Shown: one piece after another, positions 26,972-40,724 of the stretch
Numbering within the stretch: position 1 is the first letter of the stretch
How the letters are laid out: each line of letters starts with the position of its first letter
Origin: the human T2T-CHM13v2.0 reference genome, Homo sapiens
Reading direction: 5' to 3' (one strand)
Assembly (NCBI RefSeq): GCF_009914755.1
Contig: NC_060935.1
Length of the DNA: 64,000 nt
Notes under the pieces: generated by a model
Seen by the model: only the letters and a program-made list of their open reading frames with translations
Told to the model about the DNA's origin: nothing
Databases searched by the model: none
Made by a program: the position numbers and the translations under genes

Positions 26972-29900
26972 AAATTTGGAGTTGAGCGAAGTCTCAGGTG
27001 AGCCTTGTGTCTGTGGATGGGTGACTTTCTGGGCACTGGAAAGGTGGTTGTCCATCTTCAGATGTCAATGTATGAAGCCTGTCACATCAGAAACTCCCTC
27101 ACTCCTGAGCTTTAAGATGTAAGATCGATAGCCTAGAACTTGGAGTTAGGTAAATCTGGACTGATGCTGATTCTATCATTTAATAGCACAAACCATCTCT
27201 GGGTCTTATAAAGCTCATCTGCAAAATGGAAGGTAATAATACCTACCATGAATTTTGTTGTAGGTTCAAATGAGATTAAATGTAGGAAGTACTGGGTCTG
27301 CAGCCCACACCTATCGTGTCTACTGAGCCACACTGCTTGTCCTCAGAAGCATCTGATTAGAGAGAACAGGGCAGATGTTGGGCCTAACAGTTGGGTGGCA
27401 CTTGCTCAGTGAGGTGGGTCACCATGTGATGAAGCCCCAGTGAGCTCCTCCTGAGCTCTGTGGTCTCAGGCAGCATCAGCTGAGTCAGGCAAGAACTGAT
27501 GGGGGGAACTAGGGAGACCTGGAGAAGCTCTCAGATAACAACATCACCATGGGGAGATCCATTTATCATTTATCTAACAAACCTGTGTACAAGGTTCCTG
27601 TGCCAGGTACCAGGGATACGGTGGTAAACCAAATAGGTGGGGTCCCCCCACCCCGCGTCAGCTTTAATGCACGTGATTATTGTGTCCTGTTCTCTTGGAT
27701 GCATCCTTTGCTAGCCAATAAGCAACCAGCATTTACTAGGTGCCTACTGCGGCGTAGGATATGAGATTTCAGTAGATGCTGTGAGACTCCTTCAACCCTC
27801 TTGGATGGAAATGAATGAAGCCTGTGTGCTTTCATTCCCAGCAGCTAACACCTGGGAGTCTTTGTAGGCAGGCTGTCCTCAGGCTGCCAGAGCTCATTTT
27901 GCCTGAGTGCACGGAGAGCCAGAAGTGCCTGGGTAAAGACAGTCCCAGGAGCAGCCCTTAACTGATGACTGGCAGGTGCAGAGGTGTCAAAAGCCCAGCT
28001 GCCTGCCCCCAGGGGGAAAACTCCCAGGTGTGACTTGTTATGTTTCCACAACTCTCCTGCAGGACTTAGCCAAAATTATTCTCTTGGAACTTTGCTGGAT
28101 TTTCACACCCTTGATCGGCCCTCCCTATTTCCTCTCCCTCATCTCTATTTGTGTACCCATTTTCCCTGGGACCACTTCCTAGTAACCTACTTTCAGACAC
28201 ATCCTTATCTCAGGATCTGTTTATGGGGAACTCCCTGACCCACAACAGAAAGAGGAGAAAAAAGGAGGTAGCAATTGTTCCTGGTCTTTGTGTTACTACA
28301 AACAGTGAAGCAATGGGCCAGGAGTCAGTCATTATGAATACTAAAGTACTACTTGGCAAATTATTTTTGCTATAAATTAGCATGCCTTCAGAATTGTCCT
28401 TGTAACGTGATCTTTCTCTTTCTTGCTTGCATTCTGAGATGCTTTATGAGTGGGGGAAAAAGAAGAGGTGTTCCTGCGTGCTGGGATTTGCAGATCACCG
28501 CCACCCACGTCATCGCAAATCTAGGCATACCTATGGGAGTGGGTCCTACATCAAACATCAACCATTGTGGGTTTTGCAGTGTGAAAAAAGTGGAGACATG
28601 CTGGATTGGAGCCCCAGGAAATTTTGGCTTCATGCTTACTGGACTTGGTTTCCAGAAGTGAGGCTTGGAGGCCCAGGCTCCCCCAGGTCCACATGAAAAA
28701 CACACTTTCCTCTCACCTGATCTTTTCTCACTAAATCCACCTCTTCCAGGAAATTTTCTCGGGTTCCTTCCTCTCTTCACTCAGCCCTCCCTGAGTTCTC
28801 CTTTGGTACCGTGGAAAGCGGGTTTTGTTGGAGATAGTTTCTTAGCACTTGGGTACTCCCCCTCTCTCCACCCCCAAGCCAGCTGGAGGCGCTGAGTTTT
28901 TAGCCCAGATCACAGGCTGATAGAGCACATTAGGAACCTTAGCCATGGGCAGGACGTGGGGGCTGGGGCTGGTCCTGCTGTCACAGAATCATGGCTATGG
29001 GCAGGTGATGAGATTGTGTCCCCCAGAGCTTGGTTCTCCCCACCACCAAACCCATGTGAGCCGAGTGTGGACACCAGGGCACTTGTGTCCATCTCACTGC
29101 CACGTTATCACCTTGCCCTGCTTGTTCCTCTAGCCCCTCTGCCTAGACTGACACCTCCAGGGTCTGGACCAGACTCTTGGGTGTTGATGGGATTCTGCTG
29201 CCAACAGAATTCTGCTCCTGTACCATCCAGTCTGCACCCTCACACTCCGTAGTGTTGGAGCCCTGGCTGCTGTAAAACTGGCAATGTCTCAGACGCCAGA
29301 CTGAGCTCAAGCTAATGGAGCCTCTTGAGTCCACTGGGTGGGCCTCAGGCCACCTCTCTGAGATTTCTGGGTTCTAGCAAGCTTGGATGCCGAGGCTTCT
29401 GGAATAGTGACAGAGAGCACATGCTCCTTAGTATCACAGAGTCTGTTTTCTGAATCTTTCTAGACTCCCTGATTGAGTGGTGATGCTTATCAGCAAAGGG
29501 TCCTGTCTTACACCTTCAGGTTTTCTGAGGCTGCTTAGGCTGGGATCTTGTATATATGAAGTGCTCATTAAATGGCTGTTGACTGATTGTAATTCCTCCT
29601 CCAGGCCTTGTCAAGGGCCTGGCTATGGTGTTTATTCATACAGTCATCCATTCTCTACTCATCCGTCTACTCACTCATATAATAAATATCCGAATCTGAA
29701 AGAATGACCCCATTTCCTCTATTCTCATATCATAGGTTGTTACCCTAAGAACTTAGATATTCATCAGAAGGAATTTCAAAGCTCTACTGCGTCTTGGCCC
29801 AGGTAACGGGTACAATTCCTAACTCTGGTAGTCCTGGGAGTGGGCCTATTTTGAAAGCTCTACATACAATGGCAGCTTCTGACGTTCTTTGGGACAGGAT

Positions 29901-31142
29901 GGGCTTGCAGATTACAGGGCAGATAGGAGAATGCTTCTGTTCTTCTCCTTGGGTTTAAGGCTGCATTGCTCCTGAGAAGTGATATTCGTCCTTGCAAGCT
30001 GTGTGCGTGTAACTCCACATATATGTTTTGGATTCTTGAAAGGGTGAAGAATGTATTTGCAACTCCTATTGTCCATGAGACATTGGAAGGGGGCTGGTCT
30101 GGGGGTGGGAACTGGGGCCCACCCTGGGGTTATTCCAGACTGATTAATTCAGGCTTGAGAAATTAATTGCTAGATTGCCTGACGCGGGCAGGGGTGGGCC
30201 CTTGTGTATGGATGGAGTTTCCCAGGGTCTGGGGAGAGATTTCTAGTGTGAAGGTTGGAAGGAGAGCCTCCCACAGAGGTGACTATGAGGACCAGGAACA
30301 AGGTCAGGGTGGGATGTGACCAAGCGGGAAGCCCCTGTAAGACGTTTAACGTTTAACTTCTTAGACGCTTCTCTGGATATGGGAAAGAAAGAGTAGTACT
30401 CACTTTTAAGGTCTTTTTCCTCCTATGTTGTAATTTTCTCCACAGCCTCCGATGGATCAGGAAAGTCCTAATTACCCACACAACTTTGAGGGCAGGATTT
30501 TAGCGGGACCTGAGGACCTGGGGCTGGCGGGGAAGGAGAGGCCCTGGTTCTTACCTCTTCCTCCTTCCTGAGGGCCTTGCACAGCTGCAGCAGCTTTGCC
30601 AGGAGAGTGGCTGAGGTGGTGTGGGTGGGGGGCAGGGAGCGGGCAGCCCGTTCAGAGGAGGCGTGGCCTCCATTCGGAAGGGAACAGGAGACAAGGCCCT
30701 CTTTCTCAAATACATCAGAGGGAGTGGGATCTTCGAAGAAAGCAAAAGCTGACCTTAGGGTGACCCACGGCTGAGAAGCTGTTTGGGGTACTGGGAAACA
30801 CACAGGAAATTAGACAGCCTCGTTGGCCTGGAGGAGCGCACATGTAAGAATGATCGAGTCCTGAAAGGGCATGTGCATGGCAGATGCTTAGGGAGCGCCT
30901 TTCCAGAGGGGAATGAGCAGCAAGAGTTTATTTCAGCTGGGCTCAAGGCAGCAGCTCGTGCAAAGGCCCATGTGGGTCAAAGTCTAGAAACAACTGTGGG
31001 CTGGTGCATGACCCATGCAGCAGACTGTGGCTATGTGGGGAAGAGAAGGGGCATTGATTGAGCGTATTGTCATTGACTGAGGGTATCTGAAGTGCCAGGC
31101 TCAGTGGCTTATTCTGTACAGTATAAAGGATAGTGTAGTTGG

Positions 31143-31319
31143 CAGCGGCTCTCAAGCCTGATGGGGCATCAGAATCACCTGGGAACCTGTTAGCATTGCA
31201 GATTATAAGGCTGCACCCAGACCCACTGATTGAGAAATTCTGGTGGTGGAACCTAGCAATCTGTGTTTTAATAAGACTTCTGGGTGATTTGGATGCAGCC
31301 CAAAGTTCGAGAACCACTG
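31143..31319. mobile_element. MER5A hAT-Charlie MITE
   Basis: CAGCGGCTCTCAA..GCATCAGAATCACCTGG..GGTGATTTGGATGC..TCGAGAACCACTG, a palindromic ~180-bp element. Confidence 0.85.
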
Positions 31320-32123
31320 GTGTAGTGGAAACAGTACTAGACTTTGGAAGGTGGGGTGGGCTGGTGGGGGAGGGAGGTGTGACGGGGACAACTCATATTG
31401 GGCACTGGGGAAAGTCTGCTGTGTTCTGAGTCATGGGCTACATTACTCGCATGTTCTTTCAAGTGCTCTAAGCAGTGACTGGGGGTGGTGGTGGGGGGTC
31501 TATATCACCATAATCTCAGCATAGATGGAAAATCCAAAGCTTAGAGGGGTTAAATGACTTGCCAAAGATCACACAGTACTAGAGCTGCATTCTGCACCAA
31601 ATTTGGCTTGATTCCCAGAGCGAGATTGTCAGTGCCTATTGGGACCACTGACCCACCAACGTGCAATGGTCTGGGCAGCAAGGCCTGGAAAACCCACAGG
31701 GGCCTGGGTGGAAGGAAGAGCCCCAAAGCTTGCGGCTCCTTCCCTGAGGACCTGGTGGTGACCAGTCCTGAGGCTGATGGGCGAGAGATGAGGACTTCTA
31801 TTCTAATTCCTGTCCTCAAAGGACAATTATTTGAATTTTCATAAGGTTTGCCATTCACACCAGGGAGCTGGGCTTAGCACGTGTACTCTTTCAAGAGACC
31901 AGCTGTTGTCCCTGACTCCTAGGGCTGATAGGTTCAACATGAGGTTAAGTGAGAAAAGCAGGGTGAAAAATTACCCGTATGCTGTGATGACAACACCTTA
32001 GATAAAAAACAACAACATTAAGAACACACAGAGGCGGGGAAAGCCCGAAGGAATTTTCTTCCTTTCTCATTTCCCAAGGTGTATTATGTAGTTACAATTA
32101 TTTGTATGATGAATATACAGTCA

Positions 32124-32129
32124 TTTATT
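32124..32129 (-). terminator. Candidate distal poly(A) signal AATAAA
   Basis: Plus-strand TTTATT in AT-rich context, with a U/GU-rich tract further downstream (~32000-32030). Confidence 0.6.
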
Positions 32130-32574
32130 TTTAAAGTGCAACGGCTCACATCCCTTGTGGAAGGCAGTGGCATGGTGGATGACTCTGTGTGCCCAGTGGT
32201 GGAGCAAGGCTCCCTCCTCTGGGAGGGTTGGGTTCGTTGGCCCCTTCAGCCTGTCCCTGAACGAGGGCAGCAGTGGGATGGGGAGCCACGCTGCACTAGT
32301 GATGTCAGAGGAGCTGTGATATTTATTCCTGTCATGCAATTGCAAAGTCAAGCTTCAGGGTCTTAGAGACCCTCTGGACATCCCTCTTGACAGAGCTGCA
32401 GCCTGGAGGGATTTAGAGGGACCCTGGGGCCTAGGACTGAGTCCTCTCCCAGGTCATCCTGATAGCAGCCAGCAGGGAAGTGCAAACCCAGGATGGCTCG
32501 GGGGCTGGGACAGGCAAGAGGAAGCCTTTATCTCCAAGCAAAGGCCACCAGACACCTGTAAACACAAAATAGTC

Positions 32575-32580
32575 TTTATT
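32575..32580 (-). terminator. Candidate poly(A) signal AATAAA
   Basis: AATAAAGACTATTTTGTGTTTACAGGTGTCTGGTGG: hexamer, CA ~18 nt downstream, GU-rich element, and upstream UGUA motifs. Confidence 0.7.
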
Positions 32581-34674
32581 TGTCAACGAAGGCTACACGG
32601 GATCACTTCTGGTTTTGTTTTTATGCTTTTTTTTTTCTAGAAGGTATCTACATCTGCATTTATTTACAGCCTTGTTGGTATTTACACAGTCAAGATACAG
32701 TGTTAGAAACACAAAAGTGTTGAGAAAAAAACTTCTCAAAATTAGTTCCAGACTTCAGGAAAATGATTTCCACATGGTAAGGCCAGAGTCTCCAGTGTTG
32801 GTCATCCAGAAGCAGCTTGGTACAGACTCCTTTTGCCGAAGCTGCGGGTTCAGAGGTGCTCAGAACAACAGGTGGATTTAGAAAAGTGGGATTCTGGTGT
32901 TGGGTGAATCCAGGGCTGCTGGGGCACCACCAGACACCTGAGGCTCAGCTCCTGCCAGGACGGCCGAGCGTGCTCCAGACTAGTCCTCCCTTGGCTGTTC
33001 GCCCTCAGAATAAATCACATTTTCTTGGGGACCAGGAGGTCACCTAGTACCTTGCCTTTGGCATTCCAGAGGGGGTAAGAAACACAACATTGGCCCTCGC
33101 CTGGGCCTTCCCACACTCTGATATTCCACATTCGTAATGAAACCTAAGAGTCACCACTGTCTAGGGCAGTCAAGTACACAAGGATGGTTTTTGTGAATGT
33201 AAAGGTTGGAGAGGATAAGGTTTCTCTCTATCACCTCAGCAATGAGTCTTTAAAATGAGTTTGCTGTTTTTGGAAGGTTAAATGAAAGGGCCTTGAACTG
33301 CAGAGTTCTTTTTTAATTCCCTTTCCTCCAGTAAAATATAGACAAGTGTATAAACCTAGCTGGGAATGATGTGCCTTAAATAGAGAGGTTTTCATTCTAA
33401 CAAGGACCCCAAGGGAAAGGAAAGACTGGGTTCTTTCTGGGATCCCTCAGGAGATGTGTCCCCGGGCCAGGTCTGGCTCCTGGGCTTAGTGGCTGCCGTG
33501 AGGACTGGAGAATAGCCTGGACTTTGAGCAGTGGATGCTCAAATCCCCAAGCCTGACACCCTGCTGAGAGCTTGAAAGCTCATTCCTCCTGGGCAGAAAG
33601 CTCAGCATCACCGCCCTCACCACATGGCCACCACAAATACAAGACTGCAAGTGGTAAAACTGCATTCTAAGATTTCACATTGAAATCTTAGATTCCATTT
33701 GCATAATGGAAATCCCTGCCATCTATAAAGGTGATACTTTAAAGTTGCAGCTGCGAAGATTTGTTTTTCTTCTTTTTTCAAATTCTGATTCTTTGTTCTG
33801 TGTCTACAAAACACTGCCCAGTCTGCCTTGCCATCATCTTCTGTGCCCCCTCCTGGTTATTTGGACACACACCTCCTGGCCATTCTCACCCTCAGTCAGT
33901 TTCTTAGGGATCGTTTCCAATCCTCTCTCCCTAAGTAGAAATCAGGCACTGGTGTGGTCCTTGGGTTAATTCTCAGCCAACAATTCTGAGAGATGAGGGT
34001 CAGAGGCTGACAAGGCAGTAATTTACCTGCATGCCTTCCCCTTCCTCCAGTCTGCCCTCCAGCAATGTCTGTTTGGGGTGTGGGGGGGTGGGATAAAAAG
34101 GAAATCTCATCCTACAAAAAAACAAAGTTGGGGAATCAGTAAAGTCCTATTTAAGGTGGTGGCAGAGGGGCTGAGGATGTAGGACCAGTTGGCAGCTGTG
34201 CGGGGTAGGAGAGAAGGCAGGAACTGTAGGATCATACACCTGGGCAGGTGAGGGAGGCCTGGTCACTCTATCGAATGAACAGATTTGGTTGGTGAGTGTC
34301 AAAAGGGCCGGTCCTCTCAGGATGGGAGTCGATGCTTGGAGCCTATTACATAGGCACAGGGTTAGGCCTTCACACTCACCCTTGCCATGGGTTTGTGACT
34401 GCTGGTCTTAGCAGGAGGACAGCTTGAGGAGGGAGTCACTGAGTCACCTGCAGCCCAAATGGAAACCAACTCAAAAGGGCCAAGGCCAGAAGCACCACCT
34501 TCAATACAACAGCACCAATGTGGCAGTGAGGCGCATAACACTGCCTGTGCCACAGCTGAGATCCTTTTTCTAAAGCTTCGGGATCCTTCAACTTCTCTCC
34601 CCACAGAAGCTGGGCTGCTGTGGTGGTATGTAGCACAGGAAAAATATAAGATCCTTTAAAGAAACAAACACTCA

Positions 34675-34820
34675 GTCCAGGCGCAGTGGCTCACACCTGT
34701 AACCCCAGCACTTCAGGAGGCCAAGGTGGATCGCCTGAGGCCAGGAGTTTGAGAACAGCCTGGGCAACATAGTGAGACCCCATCTCTATGAAAAAAAAAA
34801 GAAAGAAAGAAAAAAAGAAA
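34675..34820 (+). mobile_element. Alu monomer (FLAM-like) in the TENM4 3' UTR, antisense to the mRNA
   Basis: GTCCAGGCGCAGTGGCTCACACCTGTAA..GAGACCCCATCTCTA followed by an A-rich tail. Confidence 0.88.
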
Positions 34821-37333
34821 TGAAACACCCAATAATTCTGTTTTTGATCCCTAAAAGTCCACCCTATTCCTTTGGGGAGGGGGCTGTGGAGGAGGGACAG
34901 GGCGTGGGGGAAGCGTAGGGAGCTGGTTCCTGTGGACCGCATGCCGTTCCTGACCTCTGAGCAGACATCCCCAGCAGGTCTTCACTGATGTCAGGCAGCC
35001 AGGATGGGACTGATCAACTGGGCAGGAGCACTTTGCCCAAGGGCCCTTGGTATGAAGAGTACATTTTGAGAGGCGTAAGTCCCTTCTGGAGGACAAAACT
35101 TGTGTTCTTCAGGCCAAACTGTTTTCCATCTCATCCAAGAATGATCCTGCCAGATGGGAGCCCCCATCTCCAGCTCATGCCTCCCACAGCAGGCCTGCAG
35201 AGCACTGTATCTGACTCAGTAGAGCTCTGGATCCAGGGGCAATGGGCAACCAGTGGACAAGCAGGCCAAAGCGCACTGCTGCAGCAGGGTGGCTTTTTTT
35301 TTGGAAACAGGAAGAGCACTTAGCGAAACACATCCTCTAATCCCAGTGGGATGACGTTAAGGCGAAATCTCTTCTCCCCAAGAAGTTTTGGTTGCCTCCC
35401 TCTGCCAGGCAGAACCCAGACTACATGCTGCTCCGATCCTCATGCAGTCAGACCTTCTCAGTTTCATTAACTTGTGTAATATTCTGAAGACTATGTGAGT
35501 AAGGCTATAGAGGTGCCATGAGCTTATCAGTCCAACAAGGTTTCCACGGGGAATAGCTCAGACTCAGAATTCATTTTCCACACTTAATGTAAATGTAACC
35601 CATAAAAGTTCCATTTTCTAAGAAGCCCAGCTTAAAAGGAAGCATTTGGCTTCCCCTCCCATCTCCCAGAGCCTCCTGTGAGTGGTAATGACAATGGTAA
35701 TTAGGCGGATGAACCAGGAATGGAATCCTTGAACAAGGGGCTCCCAGCTCTGGCTGTGACTCCCCCTGCCCTCACTGCTCCCCCAGCCTGCTGGCTGCTG
35801 CCTCAGCTTGGGCGTGCTCTTCAGGTGTGGGCTGTCCCTGCTTCTGAGAGGGCTCAGGCCTCTCCCTGACGACACAGGCACAGTTCTTCACAGGAATCAT
35901 GCCAGCCTGGCCTCCCAGATCTACGGGCACCCACCTTGGGAACTGCCCTGCTCCTGGTGGGGTTGTATGATATGGGCAGGCCACACCACATCAGCTCTTC
36001 CCTCCTTTCTTCCTGTCACTAAAAAACACATTGGGTGGGCTTCTCTAGAGGGGAAGCTGTTTCAGAACTTCAGGAATTTCCTGGAAGCCCAGCCTGCCCC
36101 AGTCCAGCTCTGCGATCAGCTGGTACATGGAGGCAGATGGGACTTTGGGAACTGGTTAGAAGGATGCTTAGCTTATGCCTTCCTCTCTTTGGCTGGCTTT
36201 TTTTGTTAAGCATTTTTCCAGAATCAAAGGCCACCAAGCACCTCCCTCCACATTCCTACGTCTCAGTGGTGGCGGCTGAGTGGTGGAGGGAAGATACTCA
36301 AAGTCATAGAGAGAGGGCTTTGCCTCGGAAGGCAGGCTGGTGCCCTCGCCACCACTGCCATGCCTTTGCCATGGGTGGCCTTCTGTTCTGTGGACATGGT
36401 GCCCACATTGAAGGCTTGCTGTGCAGTGCTCGTTCTCACATCTGGCTTTGGGAGAAAGGAGGAGATGAACAGGAACATCATGGAGGACCAACCAATCACA
36501 GGCATCCTGGGTGCTTTCCCTCCCGGGAGGATGGGACTCTGAGCCCAGGATGTTATGTCACTGGTCTGGGGGAAAGGACCTGGGAGACACTTTCTCTATC
36601 CCAGCATGGGGGTGGCACCGACAACTACACAGGATTTGCAAAAGTGGTAGGGGGTTTCATTCAGCATCAAAATAGAAAGCTTGAACAGGAGTTTGGGGCA
36701 GCTTAAAAAAGGTGCTGAACAACACCATGAAATTCCCTGGAGCAAGATGAAGCCATCTATGATCCTCTGGAGGCAGAGAACAAGGTGAGAAGAAATCCAC
36801 CACTCTTCTGCAGGAGCCCTGCCAAGGAGCCTCAGGTCCTACAGACCCTCCTCCCAGGCCCCCTTGGAAGGGGTGTTGTACTGGCCCATCACTCCCTTTA
36901 CTCCTGCCCGACCCCAGTCGAAGAAGAAAGGGTTGCACATGAGACAAGTTAGCACAGACATTCATGTCCCACATCACACTGGGTACCTAGGGACAGACGA
37001 GGACACACCCCAGGAGATGCATCTCAGAGAGGAGATACATACCCCAAACGACAAGGGAAAAATCCTCAAGGAAAAAGGGAACAAAAGACAATAAAGTTTT
37101 CATTGTGATCACACTACAGAAAAAAATACCTTCTGTTCTTTGCAAAAAATGTGCGAAGGCCAAATCTGTGTTTTTCTTTTCTAAAAAAAAGGATGTTGCA
37201 TGAGTTACAATGCAACCAGTATCTTTTTGTTTCTGCACTTGTTAAAAAATCATTTTTTTAAAAGTACAACACAGTCAGGTATGCGGCCACAAAAGAGTAG
37301 CTGTCTTTGGCAAGAAGTCCTTGGTCCTCTCTG

Positions 37334-38092
37334 TCACCTCCGGCCCATCTCGCTCTGTCTCATGAAGTGGATGTTGTTGGCGCTGTCTGACAGTTCTGGG
37401 TACTGCTCGACAGAGATCACGAAAAAGCCGTCGTAGCCTTGCACCCGCCCTGTGCTCAGCACCTGCTGCTTCTCCCCCTCTGTCCAGGCCCGCAGGCCTT
37501 CCTCCCCTTCCCGCAGTCTCTGCTGCTCGCGGGCCCACGCTTGGCGCACGGCTCTCTGCCGGGCCAGCTCCAGGACCCGTGCCTTCTCCTCATCCAACGT
37601 TGTCCCGTAGCGTGTGTTCAAGCACAGTGCCCCGTACTGGAGCTGGATGTCTGTGTAGCGTCTAGTCCTGCCATTAAGTACTGTGTTGATCTGGGACACA
37701 GTGACGTTGACCCCATTCTCCAGGGTTCGCCGCCCCCCACTGAGGCCCAGGATGGCCAGGTCACCTTCTGAAGGTCCTGGTTTCACAAAGTAATGGGTAT
37801 CCACCCCATCAATGGTGAAGTGCAGGTTCTCTAGGTAGTGGGCATGGTTCAAGATGGCAGCAACCCTTCGCCCATCCTCATTGGCCACACTGATGATGTC
37901 TGTGGTCACTCGGCCATCCTTCAAGGCAAACTTGACCCCCTTGCCAAAGACTGAGCCGCTGGATGCAAACTTCTTGGTCTTTGGAGCCTGCTGGCAGCTG
38001 GTGATTGTGGAGCCATAGAGCTGGTCAAACCGTTCTAAGGTGACAAAGGCCTTGAGCTGCTTCTGTACTTCACACTGTACCCCGAGGATAGA
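37334..38092 (-). CDS. TENM4: Teneurin-4 terminal coding exon (ABD, Tox-GHH and TCAP-4 region), 252 aa plus stop
   Basis: Pyrimidine tract and CAG|TCT acceptor at 38093-38094. Translation [44 protein letters not shown]. Confidence 0.97.
   Translation of the reverse strand, partial: SILGVQCEVQKQLKAFVTLERFDQLYGSTITSCQQAPKTKKFASSGSVFGKGVKFALKDGRVTTDIISVANEDGRRVAAILNHAHYLENLHFTIDGVDTHYFVKPGPSEGDLAILGLSGGRRTLENGVNVTVSQINTVLNGRTRRYTDIQLQYGALCLNTRYGTTLDEEKARVLELARQRAVRQAWAREQQRLREGEEGLRAWTEGEKQQVLSTGRVQGYDGFFVISVEQYPELSDSANNIHFMRQSEMGRR
37346..37468 (-). other. TCAP-4 peptide coding segment (41 aa) followed by a GRR amidation-type motif
   Basis: [44 protein letters not shown]. Confidence 0.85.
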
Positions 38093-40724
38093 CTGATGGG
38101 GGAGGAGAGTGAGAGAGAGAGTAAGACAAAGGGGAAAAAACCCTGAGAACCTGGAGAATCAGCTTAAATAATGAAGTCAAAACCACACATATTTATTAAC
38201 CTGCGGCATGTAGCTCTACCGCTGACCACCAGAACATCCAGGTGGTCGCCAGAAGGTCAGAACATCTGCTGACCTTCATCCATCCATCCACCCACCCTTC
38301 CATTTAGAAACTGTTCAGGGGGTATCTAATCTGTGCCAGGTCGTTTTGTGAGCACTGGTGACAGAAAAATGAATCAGACATCATCCTTGCTCTTAAAGAA
38401 CTCATCATTTAGTTGGGAAAGACAGATATGACAACAATAATTGCAATCAAATGTGATCACTGGTGGCCTAAGAGAGGAACTAGTAATAGCCATAGCTAAC
38501 ATTTCTTGATGTTTCAGCCAAATAATTACCACTCATTATCTCAGTGATCTTCACAATCACCTTATACGGTAGGTGCTGTCATTATTCCAATTTCATGTCT
38601 AAGGAAACCAAGGCTCAAAGAGGTTGTCACTGGCTCACAGTCATACAACTAATAACAAGTCAACCTGCAAGCCCAGGTCTGTCCAATTCTAGAGGTTCAG
38701 TTTCAAGGGCTGCTGGAGAAGGAAGGAGCAAACAAAGCTGAGAAGAATCTTGGCTTGAAGGTGGAGGAGGTGGGGTTTGAGGACAGGCTCAGGCTTGAGT
38801 TGGGACCTGAAGGATGGGTGGGGGTGGTGGGATGCCGTCAGATGGAGGATTGGCAAGAAATGCATTCTTGGCAGGAAGGCATAACATGGTGAGAGGCAGT
38901 GACTGTTATTAACCCTCCCACCCTGCTTCACTGCTCTCCACTGCATTTACATCTGATTTCTAAGGAAGGCCTCTGCCCCACCGTGCTTCCTTGGGGCTCC
39001 TGGGGTGCCCCTACTCTTGGCTGCTTTAGGGGACAGGTCGGGCCCTGCCAACTTGGCGTATCATCTACCTGTCCCTTCTGTGGCTCACAGAGCTTGGAGA
39101 AGCCACACTCAGGAAGGCTCCAGGGCCTTATCAGCAAGTTAGGGAAATGGCTTTAGCAACAGGCCTATCGGCTTCTCACTGAAATTAAGTCCTCTTTATA
39201 ATTAATAGAACCCTGTCTGTGAACAATTATTTCCTAGAGTTTCACGAAAGCTGGAGTGCTCAACAACAAAGATCTCCGATGCTTGCCAAGGGCAGAAATC
39301 AATAATTCATTGACAGGCGAGGTTGGCAGACAGGCAGTCAGAGACCGGGGCTCTCTGGAGTGCAGGAGGGAGCCTGGTGAGGGAGGAGGAGCTGTGCTGC
39401 AGTGCTCAGCCCTGGGAAGAGCAAATGCCAGGATATCTGGGCGGGGCCTGGAGGTGGTGGGAACTGGAGAGGCTGGGCAGCAGAAAGACGATGGGCTCTG
39501 GGGCCAGGCAGACTTGGGTTCTCCATTGAATTCTGCTGCTTTCAAACCCTGGTCCCCTCACCTGTAAAATGGGGAAATGTCTGGGCTGTTTACTTCTTTC
39601 AGCCATTTATTTATTTAGCAAAAATGCTTCATGCACCTACTGTGTGCTATCCTGTATGCTGGGTACTAAATGAGACCCAGTACTTACCCTCTTGGGGCTC
39701 ATAATCTAGTAGCGAGACAAGAAAGAGGCATTAAAGTACAGTGTGGGAAGTGCCACCAGCGTACAGGGGTGCAGAATCCCATTCTCCGGGGTCTGGTAGG
39801 AGATAGCTATGCTGAGGCCTAAAGGAATCAATCTGGAGTAAGAAATATGGATATGAAAGTTTCTGACCACCAGCAGCAAGCCATCTGGCAACCTGCTTTC
39901 CTCCTTAGTCTGTCATCCCCTGGGCAAGCATCCCTTGAAGGCTTAGTCTCTGCCTGATTCATCCCTGCGTTCACTGGGCACAGCATGGGGCTTGGCACAG
40001 AGTTGGGTTCTCATAGAGAATTTATGAATGGATTGGGGTAGTAGGGAGGGGAGAAGCGAGCAAATGAATGCATGAAGTGAGCGGGTGGGATGAGACTGTT
40101 TTTAAAGACCTTTCCAGCTATACAATTCTGAGTCTTTGAAATTGGGTTATAAAAGCGAGACAAGAGAAAGTGAGTCTTTTTGAGCACCTACAGTATGCCA
40201 GGCACTGTACTCAGCAAGAGGATACAGAACAGGCACATCTGGGTTTGAATCCCAGCTCTACCCCTTCCTTGCCGTGTGGCACTGGGAAAGCCTCAGGCAC
40301 GAGTCTGTAAAATGAGAACAATACGGCTGTGGGATCTTTGTGAGTTACATAGAATAACTCACATAAGGCCAGGTGCATTGAAGTACTCAGAAAATGTCAC
40401 ATTTTTATTTAGAACCCACCTTCTCTCCCTGTGCTTTTGTTCTGGATAGTGACCAAGGCTTATTATTTTTGTGGAACTCCAAACTCAGTGTAACACACAA
40501 AGCTCCTTACTGCAGCTTGTAAGCGTCTGTGTGTGGTCATGGCTGCGTCCCTAGCAGCTTCCTAGTGGTGGGTTACTAAGTAGTTGTTGAACAACCTCTG
40601 GCAGGCACTGTGGAGGCACCACATTGGTGTCTATCACTGGCCCATGCTTTTCTGAAAAGCTGAAGGGACCCCCTCCAGTAATGTCTGAGTGGCCTGAGGA
40701 GTGGCAGCCTTGTGCAGGAATTAC

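Larger units (their letters stand above)
32105..37333 (-). other. TENM4: TENM4 3' UTR (distal end approximate)
   Basis: Follows the TGA stop at 37334-37336. Repeat-poor. Ends in a cluster of minus-strand AATAAA signals. Confidence 0.75.

Noticed and set aside
24000-32000. Many 60-130 aa ORFs suggesting a hidden gene
   Set aside because: No domain similarity or consistent exon chain; the number is as expected for GC-moderate intergenic DNA.
36035-36706. 223-aa plus-strand ORF
   Set aside because: Non-ATG start, no recognisable domain, and antisense to a GC-rich 3' UTR; likely chance.
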